A stretch of DNA of 64,000 nt, taken from NCBI GenBank assembly GCA_010093815.1, contig ML996576.1; one strand, 5' to 3'. The notes beneath the pieces are model-generated. The model was not told the origin of the DNA, searched no databases, and was given only the letters and a program-made list of their open reading frames with translations. This document shows, piece by piece, positions 25,463-37,101 of the stretch. Position 1 is the first letter of the stretch. Every line of letters begins with the position of its first letter. The position numbers and the translations under genes were made by a program. This DNA is from Pseudovirgaria hyperparasitica (lineage: Eukaryota).

Positions 25463-26716
25463 GTAGTAGAATATATATCCCAAAGGGTTTTGGGGGATAT
25501 TTCCAACTTTCCAAGTCTACTATTATTCTTTGGAGGGGCAAAGCTCATGTTGATGAAGGTGTGATAGTACAGGAAGGGACAGGCTGTGGACTGGAGTCTC
25601 ATAGACCGTGTCATTTTGAATAGGATCTAACCAGAATAACGCATCGCCCATGCCAAATTAAATAGAATAGGCTGCAATGTGATACGACGGTTCACTTGTG
25701 TGAGCGGGAAACGAATACTTCCTAGATAACAATGTTGAATGCCGCACACACAAACAAGGAACAAAAGGTTCACAAGTATAGGACAAACAAGAGTATAACG
25801 AACACGAGATAAATGATTCTATCTGGCGAAGATAGCGATTCGTTGAGTATGCAGGTATTTGAGTCCAAGATATGCAACATTGTGGATGCGGCCCTAAGTC
25901 TGGAGCGGGAGGTTACCGTATCGGGATGTGAATAGAAGAGGCGTCGTCCCGAACGGGGTTTGAATAGTAAATGAATGTCGACCAGGGTCGGGAGACGACC
26001 CGTCCGTACCGTCAAGCTTTTGGAGATAGTCGTACGACCACATGGTCTTTTCTATTAAGAGTCAGATTTGTGTTTGGGTAGAGGCTCCATGAAATTCTAT
26101 GTCAATGGATCGACAACATAGCTGGGCGTGAAAAGCTTGTGGCGACCTTGGTGAGCCATATTACGCGGTTTGAAGACTACAGCGCAAGTGCATGACTGAC
26201 CCAGAAATGTGTTAGCAAAATGCAGTGGCGTTAAGCTTCTCGTCCGGTTTTGTGAGTTGTGAAGTTGTGAGTGAGAGTTCCATGTATGTGTGCCTGGCGT
26301 GACTCGGAGAAGACGAAAGTGTGAGGCCCCGAGCAAGTCGGCCTTACAAGGCATCAAGATATCAAGATATTAAGGCACCGAGGCACCACCCTCCAAATCC
26401 CTGATGTCGATCACTCCTGGCCGGGAATTGCGGGATTGGGCTGGAAGATTATCACATGCGCGGAAGCTTCAACTAACCACTCGCACGAATCTACGCATCT
26501 GTATCTGCATTTCTCCTGCATTTCAGCTGCAAATGATTGACAGCCACCGTCCGGATGGCAGCGTCAACCATATCCTCGCGCTTTCCGCTGCGCTTCTGTT
26601 CTTTGTTCTCTTCGATACCTCAAGACGCCGTGGATAGCTCACCATCGCGGGCGGGCACCTAAGCAGTTAGTTTCACCTCGACGTCATCCATCTGTAAACA
26701 TCGGACTGCTCAACTC

Positions 26717-28219
26717 ATGTTTCAAGCTCTGTCGACGACCATCATCATGGGAGACCGCACTGCCTCTCCTCCTCTCGAGATGCGTCGCAGCACCTCCACT
26801 CCGTTTCTACGAGAACAGCGCCAAACGACTCGTGCTGCCACCTTCGCTGAGGGCGTGCGTCCCACCCAACCTCCAGGTCTTACTCGGCGTCGCAGCTCCC
26901 TCTTCTCGTCCTCTTCCTTCGACGATGCTCGTCATTCCATAAAGTCTTCCACCGATGATCTTCTGAGTCCTGGCGCCCTCGAGAAATTGACGTCTGAAGA
27001 CACCTCGCATTGGCACTCGGTGCCTCTGGTGTTTGCCATTCTTCCAGCCGTCGGAGGTCTGCTGTTCAACAATGGCAGCTCAGTTGTCACAGATATACTG
27101 CTACTTGGCTTGAGCACCATGTTCCTGAACTGGTGCGTGCGCACTCCATGGTAAGTAGGCTGTCCTATTTACGATGAGCATGTATGTCTAACGCTTGTCA
27201 ATAGGGACTGGTACAACTCAGCACAGCATGTGCTCATAATATCCAAGCAAATTGATGATGAGCCTTCTGAAACAATTTTTGAAGAGGATAGTGACGCCGA
27301 AGAAAATACTGGTCAAGACCAGAAGCCATCGGACAGTATTCTTACTCCCGCTGCGGAGCCTATTGGTCAACAGAAACAGAAACAGCGGCAGACAGATGAG
27401 CAGAAATATGCGAGTGCTGAGTTGCGGAGAAACGAATTGTTGTCTCTCGCAGCTTGCTTTGCTGGCCCAGTATTAGGCGCCTACCTTTTGCATTACATTC
27501 GCTCATACCTGACACGCCCATCCGAGGGTTTGGTCTCGAACTACAATCTGACAATCTTTGTACTAGCTGCAGAACTGCGGCCGGTATCGCATCTGATTAG
27601 ACTACAGCGTGCTCGTATCATGCATCTCCAGCGCATCGTGCAACGCGAGCCTTCCCCACCTGAGGCGGTTGACAGCCAAGCAGTGCAGGATATCTTGATG
27701 CGAGTAGAAGCAATCGAGTCTCGTGCTGCGGAACAGGAAACCCGTGACGGGACTGATCTTTCTCAGAAGGATACTCGGGTCACGGAGATAAGTGCGTCAG
27801 TCCGCCAAACCGTGCAACCGCAGCTGGATGCCTTAAATCGCGCTGTTCGCAGATATGAGAAGAGATACACGACTCAGACCATACAAAATGAAGCGCGTCT
27901 CCATGACCTCGAGGTCCGACTCAAAGATGCGCTATCTCTGGCAGCCGCTGCTGCTCGAACCGGGCAGAAGCCGGGTGTCATCGCGAAGCTTCTGCAATGG
28001 ATCAGTAGCTGCTGCTCTTTTTGGATGAATGGTATTTTCAGCATCATCATATACCCATTTCAAGTATTCATGGATCTAGTCGGTGGCATAAAGCACTGGA
28101 TAGCACCGACTGGTAGGTCTGAAGTTTCGAGGAAGCGCCCTCTCAATAAAGGGAGCGCCGGCCGGCATGTGTCACCTGGCACGGGTCGCTTACATGCATC
28201 TCGTGGGCGGCCACGATGA
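26717..28219 (+). CDS. Conserved fungal hypothetical membrane/coiled-coil protein
   Basis: Two exons (intron ~27151-27204). Motifs WHSVPLVFAILPAVGGLLF..GS..VTD, FLNWCVR.PWDWY, EGLVSNYNLTIFVLAAELRP, PQLDALNRAVRRYEKR look conserved; function unknown. Confidence 0.8.
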
Positions 28220-29481
28220 ACCTTTAGTATGTGCGGCTGTGAAGCAAATAATGCCCAAAGCAAGCCGATGAGTTTATGCCGCAGCATTTGAAACGTCCAG
28301 ATCTTACCCATCAAGCCTCGTCCATTTGGCTCGAGCGCTCCAATTATCTGAGATGGTAGAGTTGTCCGTGAGATTTAAGCGTGCAATACTGGACTACGTT
28401 AAAGATCGTTATGGTCTAGCACACCAATCCGTTTCTCAGTATGTCGTCCGTTTGTTCGCATGCCTCAGACTATCGTAATTTGATCGTTCACTATGCCCGA
28501 GAGGTTGGCTGTTGAAGACAATGCACCTCATCATCGAAAATAATTGATATCAGCGATTGAATTTCCCTCTAAAAGCGCTCGATGACCCTTCGATGCTCTA
28601 TCTGAGTTCGTTCAAGCAAGGACCAAGTCTTCAGATGTAGAGGCATCATGATGTTCGTGTACAAGGCGATATATGGGCCTCCAATAGCGAAGAGACCTAA
28701 GATTAACACTTCAAATGACTCGTTGACCAGTTGTCGTCGAGAATGGAACTCGTCGGCTACAGGCCTGCATATAAAGGACCATGTATTGCAGGTATTCGGA
28801 AGTGTCCTGATACTACGGACGGCCTAGAAACCAAATATGTAGCTGAGCAGCATAATTTGCGCGAACCAAATCTCATGGTCAGGCAAGTGTCTTGGTTTCT
28901 CAAAGGTCCATATGTTAACATATTTCCAGTCTGCTCTGTGGAGCATCCCTAGTGCATAGCACGTAAGGATCCAAACGAGGGCATGAATACTCGGCTCTTA
29001 ACCATGACGCAGGCGCGCAGGCGTATCTTTTCTTTTCCGAATACTGCCGTATAATCTAACAAGGCGATAGTGGTAGTCACGTCTACTCTGGTCTCGCGTG
29101 GAGAGTTGGTCTAATTACAATGCAATCTCACTTTACTCTTGCCCTCTCTGTATTTCTCACCCTTGTGGGGACGCCGTGTTCTGCCTTGAGTTTGTTCAGA
29201 CACCGGCTTATTCTCTGCATCGAAAATGTGACTATACACTCCCGCGTCGTATGCGTTTGGGACTGAATTTCGCGTTGTGCGTGACGGTCAGAGCTTTCGC
29301 ATACCTCCACGTTGGTGCCAGAGCCAGAAGTCGTACACAACATACCTATGAGCCACCTGTTTGCATGAATGGAAAGATATGTACAAGGATATTTAAAGTG
29401 GTGATGCCCTGTTCTCTGCGTACACATAGAAATACAACTTCTCGATAAACCCCTTACTCGCCGCTTGAGCCAAACTTCCAA

Positions 29482-31247
29482 TTAGGCCGAACGCCTGCGC
29501 TTTCTAGGATGATGTTCTCCTTCACGATATCTGTCTGCCTCAGGATGCCTTTTCCGACCCCAGTTTGTAGCTGGTGGCGAAGATGGAAGTTTGCTCTTCA
29601 CATCCGTATATGTCTCATCTTCAATGTCTGTATGTGTTTCGTCCTCCATCTCCGCTTGTTGCTCCTTCGTATATGCTTCTTCATAACTTAATAGTCCCAT
29701 GCCCCGCCTGGCGCATGGAGAACTCGGAAGCTCACTTTCCATCTTTGGCACACCGTTCCCATATTCTCCGATCAGAACACGTCGTTCTTGTACGAACGAA
29801 GTTGGTACAGAGGATTGAAGCACGTAAGAATCTCTTACCGCGGAGTCTTCGTCAGACGAGGGAAAGAAGTCCTCCGTCGGCGGGAAGTTGCGAGGTTCTT
29901 CGTGGGGATGGGTGGCTTGTCTCCGACTATCGTCGATTCGCTTGTAGAAAATGATATCCCGAAACTCCTCGAACTGTTCAATGGTCATACCGACTCCTCG
30001 TCGGGTCGCAACGGCGGGGCCACTACAACTTGGTAATATGTATGATGTCCCTGGCTCATATAGATTCGCCGTATCTCTGTACGATTGAATATCGGCTTCC
30101 GTAACTGAATCGAGCTCAGCCTGAGTGGGTATTATTATCAGATCTTCGTCCCCACCTTGGTATAGTGGCTGCTCGATCGATTCTAATGTTTCAGCCCGTT
30201 CTTCTGGTTGGTTCCGTTCATCCGAGCTGCTCTGTGCCACTAAGATGGTCTCGTCATCCGAGATAGTTTGTTCGTCTGAGAAACTTTGTTCTGTTGGGAT
30301 GTATTGTTGTTCTAGTCCGATTTCAGCCTGCAATTTCCCTTCAACTCCAACCTGATCTTCATCTCCTTGGCCACCTCTGAGTGTTGTCTTGGTCGGGTTG
30401 GGAGCCCAAATGATGCCTTGCAATATAATGTCTCCCTGGCCCTCGCACTCAGTGTTCCTTGCATCGGACATGAGCCATTCATCAAAGTCAAAGTCCGGGT
30501 CTATCTCATTCTCTTGCTCATCACTAACCACCAGATCAACAGGATGATGATAGCCCAAGAGTGTCTGCCAATGAAATTTTTCCGCATCGTTTGACGTGTA
30601 CGCTGGATTTTTTGGGGTGCTCATTGCTGAATCTGCTCGCATATCGTCTATTGGATTCAGTTCTGTAAAAATAGGAGCTTGTATAGCCCCCTTTGCCAAG
30701 ATTCCGTACTGATCGAGGGCTTGTTGAGGAAACTCGTGCTGCATGGAAACAGAGGAGGGTTCGCCGTTATATTCATTTTCGCTTTGCGGATAGGTAACTA
30801 TTGTGTTCATTGCTGGGAACTCATGCCATTCATTGTAAGTCGCCTCGGCTGCCACTACTGTACCAGCTGTGATCTCCTGTCAATATCAGCGATTCTATCA
30901 GTATGAGATGGTCGTTATGCACTAACAAGTTCGTCGACATGAGTACTGATGGAATGTTCTGTTTCCCGTGGAGATGTAAGTAGAAAGTGAACGTCCTGAC
31001 CACCTGCAGACCTCAGCGGCGGGCTCGAATAGTATACCGCAGGTAAATGCTTACGCCTTGACATGGTCATATTGTGAGTTGCAAGTGTGTCTGTGACATC
31101 GACTGAGCAGTCTTCTTGATCTCCATCTGAAGAATATGGGATGTCTCCATCGGGAAGGGCAGTATTGTTGGTTGTGATAGCTGCACCTTCCTCATCACTC
31201 AGCTCACGAGAAGTATCACGCCAGACTTTTGTTAGAATCGCTCCCAT
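29482..31247 (-). CDS. Orphan acidic, probably disordered protein (~570 aa)
   Basis: ORFs 30915-31247 and 29482-30855 join in frame via a 50-nt intron 30926-30877 (GTTAGT..CAG). Starts MGAILTK (possible myristoylation site) and ends in NLS-like PRKRRRSA. Confidence 0.65.
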
Positions 31248-31376
31248 AGCTCGAATTCTTTTTTTCTCTTTAATATCTTCAATTTCAGCTAGAAGAACTA
31301 TTTATACAGTATCATGTTATGCTCCAAAAACGATGCTTAAGTATGACGAAATTTCGTTGCTATTGTTTTCACCGCT

Positions 31377-34189
31377 TCAAAGCGCATGACCCTCATTCAC
31401 AGAACCATCGAAGCGGTCCTCATCAGCTTCATTGTCACCATAGTTTTGGAACTCTTGAGCATATTCTTCATCTCCGTCATCTCGTTCATACTCACCAAAG
31501 TTCTTCCGTTCGTTGTTTTGTTGGTTCTCCGCGTTATCAAGGTCTTGGACATCTTTGATCGTTCTCTTCCTCTTCCCGCCATCTTCTTGTTCCTCAGTAT
31601 GGTGTGTATGTGCTCTATAGAAGAACTCAAGCTTTGGAAGGTTTTCGTATCTTCTGATGACCTCGAGTAGCTGTGGCTGGAGGCTGACATCGACGTCAAG
31701 CCAGCCGAGATGTTTGTGCTGCTGCTTGTATGGATTGATTCCGTCAAAGTAAAGTTTCTTCAGTGCATCGTAGTCGCTTTTTCTCGGAATTTTTCGTCTC
31801 AATGCAAGCAGCGCTTGGTACATTCTTTCATCCACGCCAAGCGACACATCGAGACTGTACGATATAGAAGTGCGCTTAGCATCGTCGATCTGCGCTATTA
31901 TCCATTTATCTTCTTTCTCAGGATTATTCTCCGTTGCATTTTCGTCAAGAAGTAAGTTCCAGCAAACTCCGAGCAAGATCTGGAATGGATGGAGAGTTCC
32001 AGTCTTGAGCGCTTTCTGCAGCTCTTCCCCAGCTTTTTTAGTCATAGACCCTTTCTTTGAAGAGGATATCCGGCCGCATATATTTCTGAACCGCTGCGCT
32101 CGCATACTCAGTGCATTCCTGTCCATGTCGAACATTCTCTTGACCCAGACCTTCTCTGCTTGGTCCCACTCTCGCTGTGTATAGTTTGTCCGAAGGATAT
32201 TGTCGCCATTCCTGTCCTTCCGAATCTCATACTTGTGGTCTCTTTCATAGAACACGAATTGTTCGTTTCTGGGTAGGGTACGTACGATGATGTCGTGCAG
32301 TTGAGCTCCTTTCGCCAACCAGTAGTCGATCAACCACTTCTCTACCTTGCGGCTAATTCGGAGGGGAAGAAATGGGACATCTGTTAGCGGGACACCCCGA
32401 GGACCTATAATGGGATTTCCTCTGGAATCCAGGAGATCAGAAGATCTGCTCTTGCTCTGATGCTCACAGCAGATGACGCCGAGTAAGGGGGGTAGGTTCT
32501 CGTCTGAATATTGGAACGAGTCGGTACTGAACGAAGTAAAGTCCTCCTCACCGTCGAAGCGTTTGCCTTGCTCTGTCTCGCGCTTTCGGTGCCTGCGGAA
32601 ACGTTTACTGAGCTTGATTGAGGGCGTCGTGTCGTCGATGTATATGTTGACGGCCCCATCGTAATCAGTTCCTCCACCTCTCTGAGGAATTCTAGCTGCC
32701 TGTCCAATAGTAATCTGCTCAGGGCCTTGTTTGAGCACACTTGCCTTAGATGGGCCCACCGGAATGGTCCGCGGCTTGCCCATGATGCTATGTTGTGATT
32801 GGATGGGGACTAGCTTTGAATTCTTCATTTTCTTAAGAGACTTGAATGCGTTATTTGTCATCGAGGGTGGTATTTCCATTGAATAATCCGTTAGTCCTGC
32901 CTTATAGCTTGGCATTTCGGTTTTTTGACGTTTGGGAGTTCTGGTCTCTGACATAGATGGCTGGTTGATGTCGCGGCCTTGACTCAGTGCAGTGATTGGC
33001 GCCGTAGGTCTGGTCCATTGTCCATACGCTGATGTTGGTAGCGGTTGTGGAGAACTATATGTCCCGTAATGCCAATTTTGCTGATACTCAGTGTTATTCA
33101 AGGATGGGCTGTTGAATGTGAGGTTACCTCCCACCCCGTATTGAGATATGGGGTTGGGCCTGGACTGCTCTTTACCCACTCGAAAGGGTTGTGGCGAAGG
33201 AGCTGACTGGAGTGGACTCTGAAGATTTGACGTCGTCGAGACATTCACATAATTATGAACATTGGAGTGCTCGGCAAAGTTCGACAAAGGGAGAGGATTT
33301 GACATTGAAGATGGCGCTCCCATGTTCATGTTGTTGTTGGATCGCGCTGTGTTGAACCAGTTTTCGTTCTGGTTTACATGCCGAAAGCCACCAGTACTCA
33401 TCATGGTGCCACCAAATGTGGTCATGCTCGGCAAACCAAAAAGGTCCATGGTATCTTCAGCCTGGTTAACGGGACCAGGGTAAGTATGGTTTATTTGCGA
33501 TGTTTCCGATAATGGTGTCCCTCGCTTCAATAGCATATGGTCCATTGGGTGTGTTACGTTCTTCGAGTCAGATTCAAGCGGCTTCGTATCAGCTCCTGTG
33601 GAATAATAGTCCGGAGTGGAGAATATAGTGTTCCCCTGTGATAGTTGAGCCAGGCCATGTGCGTGTATCAGATTTGGATTTCTATTTCACGTCAGCTTTC
33701 GCACAACTCACTCTTGATATCGTGGATTTATTGAGTATCAATGTAGGTAAACATACTCTGTACGGTTACTGTTCTCCTCCAGTGCTTTGAAGTGTACTTG
33801 TGCTTGCGTCGAAGATCTATTGTTGCATTGCTTAGTCAAATTATAATCGCTAAAACTCCGAAATACTGGAGAGAATGCATCACTCACGTCAAAACATCTT
33901 CTTCTTCTTCTTCTTCGCTCTTGATTCCGGACTGCTCTCCTGCCTGAGAGAGCATCTCACTACTCGGCGTCAGTATCGACCTCTGATGTAGACATAGTAA
34001 GCTTCAGGAAAGAGGCCATACGTACTTTGAGGCATAGCTGTCGTCAAACTCGCCTTTAATTTCTAGATAGTCGTCTTCTTCATATTGTAATTCCTCTGCC
34101 TTTACTCCTTGATCTTTCAACCAGTCATCGAAGTTGAGAGCCGGATATACGCTACGCTCCGTGGGAGTATCCCTTTTCGAAAAATCCAT
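31377..34189 (-). CDS. Orphan protein, shared-domain copy B, N/S/Q-rich N-terminal arm
   Basis: 722-aa ORF 31377-33545 plus probable short upstream exons from ATG 34189 (donors near 34023, 33888, 33756). Domain EEDFTSF..YSDENLPPLLGV..GNPIIGPRGVPLTDVPFLPLRISRKVEKW..GAQLHDIIVR..NALSMRAQRFR; NLS-like KRFRRHRKR. Confidence 0.75.
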
Positions 34190-35140
34190 CGAGACCAGGG
34201 GGTGTGTTCTGTGTTCGTATACCACAGTAACTCCTGTGTCGCTGATGGTGGGAAGGAGTGGTGCTGCTATGTTGATATGTGGGGTTGTGTGCTGTATCTC
34301 TGCAGAAACGAGGGGATAGAATGATCAGAGAAGTGTCGCGCCGGAAGAGCGTGGGGTGCTAAGGTGTGATATGGGAATGTAACTGAGGGATGAGTTGGGA
34401 GAAGAGTGGCAAGGTGCGGTCGTCCCATTTGTATGTCTGCAAAACACATCTATGAGTGAAATGTGCATCCCAGCAAGCGCTGTATCGGTATGATGAAGGG
34501 GCATGTGATGTGTATGTGAGCGACTGCTTACGAAGGATAGAGACGTGCGTTTTGTGAAGATCTGTCATACAGGGTGAAAGCATGCATAGATTTTGGCCTT
34601 TGTATCATTTGACCTCGTGCTTAGTGATAAATGCGTTGTGCGAGCAACAGCATATTTGTACTACCCACTCATCATTCCGCATCACTGTATGCTAGGAATA
34701 CACCCATCTTCTGTATCCAGAACCATGCGATGTTACATTGAGCTATGACTTTTCTGTCAGACCGAGTTTATGATTAGCTTGATCGTTATCAAGGGCTTAG
34801 GGTCAATTTATAGTATCACCATGACGGGTGCTACGAATAAATGTCCGTCGAAATAGCGGCATGCAATACTTTCCATACTCTTCGATCAGAAGGTATACAT
34901 ATGTCTATGAGCAATGCTTTCGCGACATTTAAACCCACTTCAGGGACGCACGTTATTTAATAAACATAGTAAGGAGCAAGTGCTACCATAAACACGACCT
35001 TGATGGACAAGGACGTTGAGTAAAGACGTGGAGTCTATTCCCTATAGAAGTGACCAAAATGTATGTATCGCGTCTATGGTGCAGACTATGACTTGAAAAG
35101 CTGCCTAGAGAAAGAGAAAGGAAACTACTGTGAAGGGAAA

Positions 35141-35683
35141 CTAGGACTTTGATGCCTCTGAAGGAGAGTAACCGTAAGGAGAAGTCCCGCATCTGCTCTC
35201 ATAGTTTTCACAAAGACTATGCGGAGGGACGATATCTCTGACTTCCGTCCTCTTGAGACAATTCTCGCAAAGGGACATGCAAAGTTTAGTCTTTCCAGTA
35301 GATGGGCACCCTTCACACCTCCAACACGTACTGTTGGTCATCCTCGCAACAGGGGTTTTGTTTTCATTGAGTAAAGGAGGCCAGTACGGGTCCTTGCAGC
35401 CTTCTTTCAGAGCGTTGCTCCAAGTCTGCTTCAGTGGCCGCGAGCTTTGGGAGTTAACTGTGTCATTGATGACGTGAGAGTCTTTTATAGAGGTTTCTCC
35501 CTGGCTTCGTAGATGACCCAGATGCGCCAGTAGCTCTCGAGGTCTGTATGGGTTTGATGCTTCAGAAATTATGTGGCTTTTCCTGGTGTAAATAAGTGTT
35601 CGGGTCTTGGGAGCGTCGGGAGCTGTATGGTCCCTTTTGAGCTCCACTATGCGACGGCGGGCGAAGGGACGTACTGGTGCCAT
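35141..35683 (-). CDS. Orphan basic protein with Cys cluster (CWRCEGC...CMSLCENC)
   Basis: 180-aa ATG ORF with paired CxxC motifs; the 3' end may be spliced. No recognisable family. Confidence 0.45.
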   Translation of the reverse strand: MAPVRPFARRRIVELKRDHTAPDAPKTRTLIYTRKSHIISEASNPYRPRELLAHLGHLRSQGETSIKDSHVINDTVNSQSSRPLKQTWSNALKEGCKDPYWPPLLNENKTPVARMTNSTCWRCEGCPSTGKTKLCMSLCENCLKRTEVRDIVPPHSLCENYESRCGTSPYGYSPSEASKS

Positions 35684-37101
35684 AGAATCGATTGAGGGGG
35701 GTCGGAACGTGAGAAATTGAGGTCAAGGAACCGGTAGAATTGCTTTGAGGAGAGATGGGAGCTTCGTGGATCAATGTCGAGAGTTGCTGATTCTGCAAAA
35801 GCTGAGTACTGGATCTGTGTTGTGAATAGCTTTCAGAGTTTGATTCGCTTTAAGTGGCGGAAGAAGTGTAATTTCTTGCTTCTACCAAAGTCCAGAATCC
35901 AAGATCATGTTCCGTTCGTGGTCCTCGAGCAAAGTTCCCGCCTCATAGTTTCAGCTTTAGATGAAGGGAGAATTCGTCGCTCCTAGTCTGAACGAGGTCA
36001 TCAGTGTGGTGAAGACCTTGTTAGGCAGTATCTTTGGCTCTAGCCTAGACATGAGACCATTATTCGAATGTTTCACCATGGTCACTAAAGGTATAATCCT
36101 AGATATCTCGATATAATGAAGGAAACTCACTAGAGTTTGGAATTACTAACGGATGAAGACATAACTCAGACATTAAACTAGAATCATTGTGAGCGGCATA
36201 GAGTGTTGAAATTGTTATAGTATGCTAACAATGAATTTAGTTTCCACAGTAGCTTTGAATCATGAACCATAAAACCGGCGGAATAGCTAGGTATCTCCCT
36301 TGATACATAGTATAAGAATGAGGAAACAGCGGAGAGAAATATGATGTTATGCTTAATATAGAACAACTCCCTATTCTTGATAAGAGAGGACAGCTGTACG
36401 CGCACTTAATCCCTGTTTTTATATTTCACTAGATAAGGCAGATCACACATAAGTAGTGCCACTTAAAGCATTCTTTCACCGCCAATTAACGTTAAATGCA
36501 TCGATATAGAGCCTGATGTAGTCTGTTCTAGCCTTTTTAGAGGAGATGATAGCGTAGTTATAGATCTAAAAATGGTCTCTCCCAACCATAAAACCAGGTA
36601 GAACACTTGGAAGCACAACTCAATCTCATAGTATTGAGCTAATATCCTTTCTTATTATAAGACTGATTCACAACCCACTACAAGCGGAGTAGCATGATAA
36701 GAACTCTATATCCGCTGCTTTGGCAGTTTGATACTGGATATATAGTATACTAGGCATTATTGATCTCCGAGACAGTGTTTTATTCGTGTTTTTACTCGTT
36801 ATCTAAGCTCCGCTCAATACCCTCGTATCTAAGCTGATGATGAAAACACAATGCATCAGAGGTCACTAAACCTTGTTGTAGCGTATTTGATAGTATTAAT
36901 TTAGCATGGTAGGTATTCCTAAATCATAACATCGTCACTTATGAAGTCAAATAGTGATGTAGTCTAAGAGGTGAAAATAAAGCTACACTTATTATTAAAA
37001 ATACACAGAACCAGCGAAAACACAGACAACCACCAGAAGCCCTCCTCTCTACTTTTCGCCTCACGGCTAGTCGAAGAAGCCACCATCCTTGGATCCATTG
37101 C

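Noticed and set aside
24098..28219. Mating-type locus
   Set aside because: STE3 is present but no alpha-box or HMG-box gene, APN2 or SLA2 was seen; in Pezizomycotina the receptors are normally unlinked to MAT.
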